Assembly: GCA_000708835.1 (NCBI GenBank) | Contig: DF237123.1 | Location: 97,444-161,443, forward strand | Length of the DNA stretch: 64,000 nt | Origin: Klebsormidium nitens | Lineage: Eukaryota > Plantae > Klebsormidiophyceae | Direction: 5' to 3' | Part shown: one piece after another, positions 1 to 12,152 of the stretch | Layout: each line of letters starts with the position of its first letter | How positions within the stretch are numbered: the first letter of the stretch is position 1 | Program-made: the position numbers and the translations under genes | The notes under the pieces: model-generated | Databases searched by the model: none | What the model was told of the DNA's origin: nothing | The model's input: only the letters and a program-made list of their open reading frames with translations

Positions 1-129
1 TGTGAATGAAATGGGGGGGCACGCCCTCAGCAATCGCCATTTGTACCGCCTTCTTATTCCGTACAGAACATGGTCGATGCGCCCGGCTTGATGATCAACT
101 CTAAACCCCAGATCCCTGAACTCAGTCTA

Positions 130-600
130 CAAGCACTTGTGGCAATCAGAGTGGCCGCACTTACGCGCCTGATGGACATCGGCGGATTTGCCCTGATCGA
201 GAGCAGCTTTCTCCTCTCGCTATAACAAAAGTCACACAGTAAGCTATGCATTTGGCCTGATTTCAAACTCTGAACCTCAAAATACCCTGATCTCATTCTA
301 TAGGCACTGGCGGCAATCAGCGTGGCCGCACTCGTGCGCCTGATGGACATTGGCGGGCACGCCCTGAGCGAGAGCGACTGGGGCCGCCTTTTAAACTCCG
401 GTGCACAAGCAACGCCACCCGTTGTCCTCATCTCAAAGCCCAAACCCTAAAGTCGTGGCCTCAATTTACAGGCACTGGCGGCAATCAGTGTAGCTGCCCT
501 GGTGCGCCTGATGGACATCGGCGGGCACGCCCCGAGTGAAAGTGATCGGGGGCCGCCGTCTTAAACCCTGCACGGGACAGAAGCGACGCCACCCGTCCTA
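130..600 (+). repeat. Tandem degenerate copies (~170 bp period) of the acceptor plus 5' part of BIG5 exon 642-825, at ~130-200, ~295-425 and ~465-600, with a remnant at ~10-50
   Basis: The core 'aggcactggcggcaatcagYgtRgcYgc...gcctgatggacatYggcgggcacgccc' recurs before the real exon. Each copy ends in a stop or frameshift. Confidence 0.9.
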
Positions 601-641
601 ACCGAAAGCCCAAACCGTAAACCGTTGACCTTGTTCTACAG

Positions 642-3600
642 GCACTGGCGGCAATCAGCGTGGCTGCACTTGTGCGTCTGATGGACATCGGCGGGCACGC
701 CCTGAGCGAAAGCGACTGGGGTCGTCTGCTAAACACCATCCGGGACATGAGCGACGCAACCCGGCCCGTCGAACTGCTGAACCCGGAGAGCCTGGGCGTG
801 TTCGGGACGTCGCCTGCCGCTTTAGGTCCGTGTCACATCAGTCTCGATTTGATTTCTCGATAGTCTGGTGTGATGCTGCCTTTGTTCGTGGTCGTGTTGT
901 TGATTACTCCAAGACCTTTGGTCGGACCAGCAGAAATGGATTTATGAGCGTTGCCGTTCGTTCAAGGAGTCAGATTGTCCAGTCTGTCACTCGCTTTGTC
1001 AGCTCGTTATGCGCAGATTCTGTCAACAAACGTCAGATTTTGCGACAAACAAACCAAGAGGAGTGCATCTTGGATCCTGTTGCCTCTGCGATCCTTTGTT
1101 GCCAGCAATTTTTTACAATACGCAGTCTGCTTTTGTGCGCCTCCTTTGTAAAGGCTCGCTGGATGGCGGATCCCAACTTCTTGCAAACTCTTAAAAGTGC
1201 CCGGACGAAACCAAAGCGCAGGCCTGAGGATTGGGAGATCCTCGCAACCCGCGGAAGGAAGCGCCTCGCGCCCGCAGAGCATTGGCAACGGCCAAGTCAC
1301 TTTGGTGCGCTTCTTTACATGAAGAAAAAAAATTGCCAAGCGGGTTGGAGGCCCAGGTATCTGAAGAGAGAACGCATTTCTGGGAGGTCTAAAGAGTCCA
1401 AATAGTCAAGTTTCTAAAGGTCTGACATCGTATGACATTGCAGAGGGAAGCGCCTCACGTCGGCAGAGCATCGGCGATGGCCAAGTCACGCCCGTGCGCC
1501 TGTCCACCGTCGAGGAGCCCCGCAGGGGGCCCAGATTAGAACGGGTCGCGGAAAACGGGTCGTTCAAGGGCGAGCAGGGCACCGTTTCTCTCCCGGGCGA
1601 GCCCAGTGCCGGGCCACCGCCGAGCGCGGACGGCGGGGCGGGGACGTCGGAGGACGGGGCGCAGAGTGCGGCGCAGACGATGGTCGGGCGCATGATGAGC
1701 ACGCTGCTGATGAGGTTAGTTTCTGCAGGAGGATCGCCCCGATTTCACTGTGGGCGTTGCAAGGTGCTGAACAACTCGACTGGACGGCTCAGGTCGCCCC
1801 CGATTAAGGATCGTTAAGTGCAGGAGATTGTTCCGAATTTAGCGTAGGCGTTGCAAAGCGCTAATGTATTTGTTGGACGGCTCTTGGTGCCCCGTCGATG
1901 ATTGCCAAAAGCGTCCGAAATGAGTGTTGGCCACGAGAGGGACGCCGCCCGGTTCTGGTGATGCTGTCCGGTTTTGGTGACACCGTCCCTTTCTCGTGAT
2001 GCCGTCTGTCAAGCCTTTTTGAATAGGCCCCGTTTCGCAGCCAATGCATCCTCAATCGGTCAGTTTCGAGAACGTATTCCTGAAGAAACAGAAATCACTG
2101 GTCTCGAGTCTCGATTTATAGGCCGCTGTCTGAATCGGCTGCCTTTAGGAACCTGTCGTTTACCACGTAAAGGCCCGGCTGATCCTCGGTGTGGTCGCCC
2201 TCCTTTTAGTATGCGCATAATCTGCATCGAATGCATTCTTCACTGTTGTTTCCGGAAACCCAATTCAGAGGATAGATTGTTATTAGCCCTGAAGTCACAA
2301 TCTAGAGCTTTTCTCTGAAATCGCTGCTTTTCCAGGAACATGTCTTTCACCCGGAAAGGCAGGGCCGATCCCCAGGTGGTTGCCCCACGGGCCCCGCCCG
2401 ACGAGGGGGGTACGTACCTTGACACGCTGGGTCCTGAGGATGCGATCGAGTTCACGAACGAAACGCTAGACGCCGTGAGATGCAAGTGAGTGCTCTCGCC
2501 TAGGCTTCGTTGACGTGAGTGTCTTTGAGAACTCATGCTTAGTTGGTGGCTTTAGGCTGGGTTTCCGTAGAGGTGTTCCTTGCGTTGAGTTTCGAGAGCA
2601 GAAGAGGAGGAGAGGCGCCAGAAGCGAGGCTTAGCGACGAGTGCGACTCTTTTCACGAGTTCACTCTCAGCGTCTGCCTCTCATACCCAGGAAGAGCAAA
2701 TGGCAGAGGGGTTTGAGCTGGTTTGTCGATCACAGAAAAGCTGGTCACCAACCTGCTTTCAACCTGTTCTCACCTAACCATTTTCTAATCAAAATGTGGT
2801 CCTACAAGACCCGCAATCGCTGGACTTCAAAGTCTCTTCTTTGGAGAGACTTTGACCCTCTTTGATCATTCAAGTGTTCAAATAAGAACGTCAACAACGG
2901 ACCCCTATCTCCTGAAGTTCTCAATGTTCTCAATAACCACTATACTAACAACCACTACTTACCAAACCCTGTTTTTTTAACCTTTACTTGTTTGTACGTC
3001 ATCAGGTGCGTCATCCAGCTGCTCCTGCTGGATGCCCTGAGCAAGGCACAGTCGGAGCACTGGGCGAACCTGAGCCCCACGAACAAGCGCGCACTGCTGG
3101 AGACCATGCAAGGCCTTGTTGATTTCGCGGCAAAATACAACTGTGAGTGCTTACCAGTCCATGTGATCGCAAGCTTTATTCTGATTGATCCTCGCTTCTC
3201 TCTCAGTCCTCTTCCAGTCCGTAAAAAGAGGCCAGTGATTCTCAGTCCTCTTCCATTCCTCAAAAAGAGGCAGATTCTCCTCTCAGTCCTCTTTCAGTCC
3301 GTAAGTAGGCTTTGTCTTTCTCATTGGCGAGCCTGTATCCAGGTTCTGAAACCAATACGTCATTCGCATGTGCAGCTGACGTGTCGTTGCGCCAGAGGCT
3401 GCAGTCCGTTGGCTCGGAGAACCCACCCCCAAGCTTGCTGCGTCAGGTAAGGAGCACGCCACATTTGACATACTTTTCGGGTTCGGGGAGCTTGATTTTC
3501 TACGGCTTCGAGGTCTGCCTATCGTGCCGTATGAACGAGAGGCCGATCCAAGTTCGATCAGAAACTTACGCATGCAACTCGTCGACTGTTGCTGGATGGA

Positions 3601-4847
3601 CCGCCAGGTACAGCCCGGTGCCGTCGACCTCCTGCAACTAGATAGTACTAGTGGATGAGTACTTATGATTGAAAAAATCAGTTATCCTTAGAAGGGGTGT
3701 TTGCAGCGAGTTGGGAACATGATGCGCCTTGGTAAGCAAATAAGAGGAGTTTCGAAGGACCCTTACATTGCCCGAAGCTTGGCCGTTTGGCGTTTTGGAC
3801 GATAAAGATTCGGACAGTCTCATGGTCCTTCGAAACCCTCTATCTTGCTCGAGAAGGCACGTCAAGCTTCAATTCACCGCCGATTCCCTTTCAATTTTCT
3901 TCGTCTGACGTCTTTGTAGGAGGTCGACGGCACCGGACTGTACTTAGCGGTCCTGTTCAGCGTTTTGGACGACAAAGATTCGGACGCACCGCTCCTGGCC
4001 GACGCGGAGGCCCGCTTCGTGGGCGTCGCCGAGCGGGTGCTGGGTGAGGCGTCGGCGCTGCAGAGCGACCGGGCGGACTCCACCAGGAGCCACCAGGCGC
4101 TGGGGCTCAAGGCGCCAGTAACTGTCAAGGTGAGTTTGAGGGTTTGGTGTCTTTGAATCTTCTCTAAGATCTAGATAGTGCAGATTCTGAATCGGGGGTC
4201 GAGATTTCGTTCAGATCACTGTAGCGATCCTCATATCATGGTCATCTACAACCCCGCTCCTTTTCAATCACGTCCCAGCTGTTGTCGATTAGAGCCAGAC
4301 GGTAATCCGTGAGAAGCACATCAGGTCTCAGGGTGGTCTTAGAGCGTGTCGTGAAGAGCCTCAACGCCCCGTGATTGCTGACGTCACAGCGTTCTGTCAC
4401 GACAGGTGTTGGACGCCCTTCAGACGGTTTCGGAGCCGGTGTTCAAGCGGCACTTTGAGCAGCTGTACCCGCACTTGACCACGCTGATTGGCAGCGACCA
4501 GGTGAGAGGACGACACGTGTCGTATCCTCAGACCTCCATTATTGGCATGCATGGCCGTGGCGACGAAGTTTTGTTGGCAGTATCTGCATTTGGAGAGTGG
4601 TTTGGGTTCGTTATCTGCAACGGCAATAGAAAAGCAGCGCTGTGACCATAATAAGCATTTTCAAGCACTTCCAATGTCTGGCAAACTTTGCTCCTAATCA
4701 GCGTCAAACGGCAAATTGTTTGAAAAGGCGAAGTTGAGCGGGGAAACAGCGCTTGACGAGAAGTATCTCTTGCAGTTGGAGGTCCGAAGAGCATTGGCGA
4801 ACCTGTTCTCAGCACGTCTTGGCGCTCTTCTGCCTGCTACGAAATAG
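642..4847 (+). CDS. BIG5: Brefeldin A-inhibited ARF guanine nucleotide-exchange factor, BIG5/MIN7-like, C-terminal part (5' end lies upstream of the window). Exons 642-825, 1444-1714, 2336-2485, 3006-3142, 3376-3446, 3920-4129, 4406-4501, 4776-4847
   Basis: All eight exons have AG/GT borders and consistent phases. The spliced peptide (ALAAISVAALVRLMDIGGHALSESDWGRLLNTIRD...RCKCVIQLLLLDAL...ENPPPSLLRQEVDGTGLYLAVL...LGLKAPVTVKVLDAL...FKRHFEQLYPHLTTLIGSDQLEVRRALANLFSARL*) matches my recollection of the Arabidopsis BIG5/MIN7 C-terminus (CITQLLLL, PPLNLLRQE, RSPVIVKVL, FYPLLTRLVCCEQ). Confidence 0.9.
3199..3303. repeat. Short intronic tandem repeat (ctcagtcctcttcc...aaaaagagg)
   Basis: Three imperfect copies of 'ctcagtcctctt(c/t)ca' separated by 'aaaaagagg'. 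Confidence 0.6.
3601..3641 (-). repeat. Inverted intronic copy of the acceptor and first 31 nt of BIG5 exon 3920-4129
   Basis: The reverse complement ttgcag-gaggtcgacggcaccgggctgtacctggcgg aligns to ttgtag-gaggtcgacggcaccggactgtacttagcgg with 4 mismatches in 37 nt. Confidence 0.85.
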
Positions 4848-6146
4848 GCTGATAGAGGGACTGCTATAAAGGCGGCATCACCTGAGTATGTAGCTACCTG
4901 AGACTGTGCCCGTCTTGATCCATACAGACCAGGGGAATTTCTACCCGCTCTTCACACTCAATGGAACGGCATCGTTTGGGGGTTTGCAACAATTTGTTCG
5001 TGCAAACTTTAACGGAGGCTGGTCCCATTTTGATGGTTCGGCACACACTGATGTGAGCAGCAAAGTATTATGCTTTGTATCGAGCTTACTCATCGTCTCC
5101 CGACGGGCTGCCATCTGCACTTCATCGCGGCTACATACGGTTTCGATTATTGAGCGTACATCACGCATTGATTGGATCTCAACGTTGGATCTGCATGAAT
5201 TAGGTATTCCAACAACTGTAACCGGCTCATCGAAGCAAAGCCGGCGCTGCCGACAAGGGTCATGCAAAGCTGGCCCATCAAAAGGCCTGCCAGTTAGTAG
5301 TGCCAGCATGAGTCAGATGAGAGTCAGCCGACTGTTGCGCACAATCTTCATGTGATGTGTGCATGACTCGACAACTATTCCAAAATCTGTTCGCCAAATC
5401 CACATATGCCAGCATGGTGTATTTGTGCAATCAACAATGCTGACTTCTGGGCCCGGGCGCGGGCTTCCGGCACCGGTTCTACCGATATGCCGATGATGAG
5501 TTTTAAGATTAATTCATCAATCACAATTGTGCCCAGCCCGAAGGTTAAGCTCTAGCTAGCCCAAGTGGCATCACGGCCAGCCCGTGAGCAGCGACAGTGC
5601 AGTGATCGACAGATGCAGCAAATCACTAAGATGATGTGGGGATGAAACAACCATACCCATGTGATTAATCCAGTTTTGCAACGGCGACCCGTGAGTTTGT
5701 TCCGGCCTCACAGACGGTTGAAGCGCATTACAAAGTGTATGCCTAACAAACTCAAGCATCAGTACGTTGACCATGAAATGCCCATTGAAGGGGCGGCAGT
5801 GCAGTCAGCGCTAGCATGCTCTCGGCTGCACGGTAACCAGACTCATCTTACCAAAGTAAGCTCCTGAGACCCACTTTCTTCTTGCGCTGATCAGCAAGAG
5901 CCTGATTGGTAGCTGCATATGCCTGGAGGAATCAGATGAGAGGTCTACTGTCTAAAGTTTGTTGATTTATAGGAACGTATCTTGCCGCCTGCAACACAGT
6001 TCCTGATAAAGGAATTGACGCCTTAACTAATAGTGCATGTGGAGAGCATCATGCCGCTTCTATCTGATGACCTAGCTTTAAGATCCGCCTAATTTTCCTA
6101 ATTCTAAGGTGGAAGAGTCAAATGTGCCGCGCGCCTAACTATCCAA

Positions 6147-7315
6147 TCAGACCCAAGCACCTTTCTTCTTTCCTTTCTTAGCAAGCCGCCCCTTCTTCCC
6201 CTTTCTGACTCTAATGCCGCTGCTCTTCTTTTTTATTCCACCTTTTGACTTCAGTGCCTTCTTCGTCTTCGAAGCCCCGTCCACGGCCATGTCTTCTGTC
6301 GCCTCATCTGGCGCTCCTTCCCTGCCTCGAGACGGCTCCGCTTCTGAAAAAAAGTTGGTCAAATCTTAGGGGCATGCAGTCTTCTGTGTGAATATTGTCA
6401 TCAAGCTTTACTATCCCAACTTCTGGCAACGACGTTCCTGATAAAGCTGACCAGATTCAAAAGTGGTGGCGCCAACTTGGCCACAATGACCTGCTAGAAC
6501 AAAAGAAATGCTAACAAAAGTAGGACCAAAAAGCCTTCGGCCCGGAGCTCAGAATCTACAATGGAGGCGTAAAGCGGCTCAGGACAGTGCACATACAACA
6601 GGGTGTACAAACAAAACATGATGGTGGTAGCGCGCTACCGCTCGGAAAGACTTTCAGAGTAAGTCGAAAGTAGCGCACGTGTTCTAGCAACTACCTTACA
6701 ACACTGCAAACTAAGCCAGCATCAATTTTGAATGTTAGCTGCGGGTGCCAAACATACTGACTGCGACATGCTGAGCAGGGAACTGCTTTCATAAGATACA
6801 GAGGTGGTGCATAATGCTGCCACTAAGAAACTACACTTCACTGGCCCAACTCTTTTTAAGTCAAGTTCTGCACTAAAAAACAATTTTTGCAGCATCGCCC
6901 CAATAAAACACCAGTCTTGAGTCTGCAGTTGCTGGTGCGGTGACCATTACCAGATGCAAACCCTAAAATCAGCAACTACCATTGCCAACTTTTTTACCGG
7001 GTTCATTCCTGTATCCTCTTCTGGCTCCTGCAAAACCACCGCCTTTAAATCCCAACAACCACCGCTCTGGAAAACAAAAGCTGAGCAAGACAAGAAGGAT
7101 TTGGAAACATATTCTTGAAGAAGGACAGAGAACACCCAGACCTCACCCATTCGCTCCTCTCTGACTGCTGCTTCGTCCCCAGCCTGTTCTGTCAAGATCG
7201 CCGCAAGCTTTGCTTGCACTTCCGCATCCTTCTTGTCATAAAAGTTCGCTTGCGCCAGCTCCCTCCGCTGCGTCCGCAACCGCTTCTCCCGCTTTGAGCG
7301 GATGGACTTGCCCAT
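6147..7315 (-). CDS. Small basic nucleolar-type protein, LLPH/learning-associated-protein-like. Exons 7315-7147 and 6343-6147, with a possible 30-nt middle exon at 7027-6998
   Basis: MGKSIRSKREKRLRTQRRELAQANFYDKKDAE... resembles the plant LLPH-like N-terminus (MAKSIRSKREKRLR). The C-terminus is Lys-rich (DMAVDGASKTKKALKSKGGIKKK...KGKKK). The GT donor at 7146 and AG acceptor at 6344 join in phase 1. Confidence 0.8.
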
Positions 7316-7900
7316 GGTGGACCGGATGCGTGTATTCGGCGCTGTCACCTTGCCTCGCAGTATCGCTTGGACAACAGACAGGATGGATACGCCTCTTGTC
7401 CTGGCGCCCCCTTGATCTCCAAGTTTCTGCCACCTTTCCTATATCGCGGCAATGGTGTTATTACACGATCCGACCGTTTTACCGGTACGGATAGGGGTTG
7501 TGTCGATGGTTCTCATCTTATGCTCCTACAGGTCCCCAAAAGAGCATAGGACTACCATTAAAGCAACTCGAGGCGTATACGCCGAATTCTATCTCTAGAG
7601 GCAAGTTATCTCAAGTCTTATATATTAGAGCTCTTTATAGGCAACGCTTATATATGTATCGTATATGTAGTGTCGAAACCCCCCTCCCCCGACGTAACGC
7701 CAAGCAAATAACAGATAGTATGCATACTCGACTGGCACGTTCAGACTGCGTACTACGTCCTAGGGCGACCCGAAACCAGTCTGCGGCCCTTCAACAGACT
7801 GCCGAAGATAACGCGATAGAGTGACTTCTGTTACACAGTGTACACAAGAAGAGCGTACATGGTGTACTCTTGACACGTGGCCTGACTCCAGGAAAAATGC

Positions 7901-7980
7901 GGAATGCTCTCTAACGGGACTCGAACCGTCGACCCTTCGCTCTCAAATCCAACGCTCCTACCATTTCGGCCAATAACAGA
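7901..7980 (-). pseudogene. Degenerate tRNA-like sequence (pseudo-tRNA or tRNA-derived SINE head)
   Basis: The minus strand has an A-box-like TGGCCGAAATGG and a B-box GGTTCGAGTCC at tRNA spacing, plus a TTGGA-TTTGAGA anticodon-arm remnant. The acceptor, anticodon and T stems pair poorly, so it is not a canonical tRNA. Confidence 0.5.
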
Positions 7981-10900
7981 CCAACTCACAAGAGGTCAAT
8001 CACAAATTGTACACACAATACAAGAAGCCACGAGAGCAGATTGAAACCGTCGATTGACATCGACGGTTCACGCCGCTCGAGGGTTCACCTAATGCATTCT
8101 CCGACTGCAAAACGTACGCGTATTCCGTGTACATGTGCGGTACTCCATTATCTTGCGAAATGTACAGACTTGATGTGCAAATGCGCCCTTTGCAGCCAAA
8201 TCTCTCCCTCCTTTCAGTCAGCCCCGCCTCTTATCTTAGTCTGCCCTCTTATTTTCCCTTATTTGCCTATTCCCACTTTTCTCGCCTCTCCGTTCTCCCG
8301 GCGTTTGGAGTGTTTCCTTAGGCTTATACAATAGCATTAGCCTCACTCAAATGGCAATTGCGAGCGCTGCGCAGTCTAATCTTGCTGCTAAGCGCAGCTA
8401 GACCCTAGAGGCGGAGGCGGAACTTGAACGGAACGGAACTTACCGACTGGATGGGACTCGAAACCCCGCGGGTAAACCCGCGCACGCGATCATCCGGCGG
8501 CGTCGGGTGCGCGCGAATTAACGTCAAGGCTGAAGGCTGTGCTGCCATTGATCTATAATCTTGTTGACGAAGAAAGAACGAGGGCGAGGGCAGGGCGAGG
8601 GCGACGGCGAGGGCGCCACCATATCATTTCGTCTGCGTAGACGGAAATACGGTAAGTCACCCATCCGCCGCCCAACATCTTGTCCATAGTCCTGAACACT
8701 CTGAACTTTCTGTAATGAGACGGCCTCACATTATCGTAAGGTGACGGGATGGTGACATACTTCTGGAGGAGCAAGTCTGAGAATCCTTGTACAGCATCTA
8801 CCATAGGCCCTAGGGAGGATTGAGGGACAGCTCAGCATCCTGCCTAACAACAGCCCTGACGCGCCTTGTAGGACGGTACGTGCTTGACCACAGTGTCGAG
8901 CCTGGGCCTCATGCCCGCTTCCTCCGTCGTGAGCAGCCATCCAGCAATTCAACAGGCGGCCTAAAGAAGGAGGCCTCAGAACCAAAGAACCAGTCAGCGG
9001 CATACAAAGTCATGGGCAGGAACTTAGAGGAATCTGCTATGGAACAGCCGCTTCTTCCGTAGGTGTTCGTGTCTTCCTTGTCTCCTTGTCATTTGTCAGC
9101 CTGCTAAGCTCTTCGGTCCCCTTTTCAAGCCCAGTCTTTAAGTCTTACCAGCCTGCTAAACTGGATCGTTATAGTGCCTGTCTGCCTGCAAAAATGGTAA
9201 AGCTGTAAAGATGGACAGCACATCACTTGACTGCCTTGACGCCTTCCATCAGGTGTTGCTCGTACATGTCTTCAATTGAGCTCACAAGCCCGTGCCTTAT
9301 ATCATGGTGTCAACGAACCTGGCAAATCCAGGGTTATGCATCCAGGGCTATGCATCCAAGAGAAGCGCACTTGCTAATGCAATTTATCGGGCCTGATTCA
9401 CTTTTCTATCCCCTAGACTCTGAAGTCTCTGCTTGATTAGTTCTTCTCGTTTCCAGGTGTGATTCACCTATCACAAAACGTATCAAGCAGAAAAGCATGC
9501 TCGTGTACACGAAATGTAGTTGCATACAAGTATGGTTGTGATGGCTGCAGGGCACAAGAAAGCAAGAACCAGCTAGAAGGAATCTTCAAGTACAAGAGCA
9601 TCTGTTATCTGGACCGCACCCGCTACGAGAAGTTCAAACTATACCAAGATGCGCTCTTGGAGTTGGAAGCAGCTGAGCGGGCTGAGCGGAATGATCAGAA
9701 TGATGGAGCTTTTTTGAGTCCAACAAAAAGTCAGTGAGATCAGTGACCTGCTGTCGTTCTTCTGAAATACTGCGGGTATCAAAAGTGAAGACCTGCTATT
9801 CCGTCACTATCACATTTCTGTTGCTTGCAGTTTGTTAATCTTATAATGTGATTTCCTTCGTTTGACAGCCGGGAAGGTCTCTGATGCTGTCTGGGAGAAG
9901 GCTGCTGATGCTCATAAAGTATGGCGGACGGCTGCAAAGAAGTGCCGGGACACAATGGGCAAAAGCCCCATCCGTAAGTTTGTCCGTCCGCAAGAGACGT
10001 TGAAAAAGGTTACCTTGTTCACATTCTGATTTTCTGTTGATAAGCAACTTTGCATGAAGCAGATGAAGTGGACAACTGAGCTGCTTGAAATCTAATTGTT
10101 GAATGTTTCGCAGCTCAATTCCGGGACAGGTCTTGATTTGCTTGAATTCTTCAGGCTTCAGGATTGCTGCTTCAAAGTTGATGTTTTTGCTTCGCTACCT
10201 GATCCTGCTCTATATCTTCGTGCAGCGAACTTTCTGCTCGATGCGCTCCTCGTCGTGACGTTTCTGCGGGCCTTGCTACGGCAGGAAGCTTGGACCAAAG
10301 GGAAAGGGTTTTATGGACCGTCAAATATCAAAAGAGATTTCTCTGTCAAGTGTCAAGAACCATCTAATATGAAAATCACATCTTTCTTAGAATGAGGACA
10401 TCTCTCGTGGGTAACCTGGGCGTGACGGATGATCGCTGAGACATTTTCGGCTCCGAATCGCGTGCAGATTGAGATCTTGAGACGGATTTGTCTCGGTCAT
10501 TACTCAAGTTAAGCTGTGGATGGGCATCGATTCTACGCTGAGGAATTTTGATCATTAGATGTTATTGTGTGGAGATGCGGAACAGCCTCTCTATTCCCGC
10601 AGTACGTTAGCTAGCGCCTGAGGTGCGCCTGAGTTGCTGCAATACGTCAGAGCGCGCCAACTGAAACAAGGCGAATTTTCAATTATTGATCGGTCTCAAC
10701 TACAAAACATCGTCATGCATTTCACATTCCTTGACGGCAGGCTCGGTCATGTGATGAGATCATTTCTGTCATGGATTTCTTCGAGCGGAACATGAATGAT
10801 GGCAAGAACGATCAAAATTTGGGCAGCCGGATGCTGCGCACTTTTCAGCTGCCTGGGGCTTAATGTCCACCGATCTATATTGGCCTAAGGTACACATCCA

Positions 10901-12152
10901 TGATGACTGGACCATGGGCCGCCATGTGCCATGCAGACCCCAAACATGCTTCAGGGCCGTGACTCACTGCACATCTCAGCATTGCAGCGCGCATGCATAA
11001 ACGACTGGAGTATAACACTAATACATGCGGCTTTAACTAGCCGTTGGGGTGTCGACATGGACAGTACATTGCAGTACTTGTAATTTTTGAAGATGCATTG
11101 GAGGTCCGACAGATTGGCTTAATGGCAACCATCCCGTGTCGGACTTAGGCGCGTGTGTGCACATATGCATATGATCATTGTTGGATGCTGCGGCCCAAAG
11201 TGTCAAGTGTGCAATACCCACAGCGTAATGGCTTGCATGTGCATGCCATCAGGAACTGTATACTGAGAGAGTCTTGCACATAGAAGCCTGCCGCTTTTGT
11301 AGTGAGCAACCGCCACATGTTGGACGAGATCCTGCTCCAGTGCATATATTTGAGCAGTTCATGATAAAAACCTGAAAGAAATCAACATGCACCCCTTGAA
11401 GCCTTGAAAACATCACAAAAAGGGATTGGCAGGAAGGAGACTGGCATGGCTCCGAAATGTAGTTGTTCATTCAAAAAGTATCGAGAATCTGTCCAGATTT
11501 CTCCCATGCTCATGTTGTCCCGAAAAGTGCAACTTCGGCAGGATTGCTCCACAATTCTGGCAACGCACTGAACCAAAGTACCCAAACATTCGATGTCTGA
11601 GAACACAATCGCTGTATACCCAGAACGAGAAAAGCAAGTGGACAAAGCCGTGACCACCTTCGCGAAATCTCCAAACGGTGAACTATCTGAACGGCTTTGC
11701 AACCGTCAGACCAGACTCACAACCTAAGCGCCCGATAACATAGCAAACAGACATTTTGTCCGACTTGCGTCCCAGCAATTTGTACAGTAGACGGCTGGCA
11801 GCTGCAGAGAGTCGAGAGGGCGGTTCCAGTTAGAAGCGAGCAGAATGTATTTGGCAGATTATCCTTGTCAAGCCTTTTGCTATCAACAAGGTTCCGCTGA
11901 CTGCTATGCTCAAATACCAATACTTGAAACCCAACTATGACAGACAGCCAAAAGGCTGCAAACGTGAGAGCGGATAGGGCGCCAACTTCCTTTGAGGCCT
12001 TTGGAGAAACCGCCAAGGAAGGCGCTTTCTGTCTTCCACCGTTCTCCTATCCTCTTGTCATACTGACGTGCAGAAACGGAAGCATGCAGGATCGGGGGAC
12101 GGACGAGATCTTGCGACCAGCTCACCTCAAGCCTCACTCAAGTGTGGGCAGA

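Noticed and set aside
130-825. Regularly spaced repeats resembling a CRISPR array
   Set aside because: The units are long, degenerate copies of a eukaryotic exon start. There are no identical short repeats with unique spacers and no cas genes.
8440-8548. GC-rich hairpin (cgcggg-taaa-cccgcg) as a Helitron end, and a short ATG-to-gtaagt minus-strand exon
   Set aside because: No CTRR terminus follows the hairpin, and no convincing downstream exons could be joined.
11382-12016. Two minus-strand ORFs, one with a hydrophobic stretch
   Set aside because: No recognisable motif or splice structure. They probably lie in the 3' UTR or intergenic region of the Gly/Pro-rich gene.
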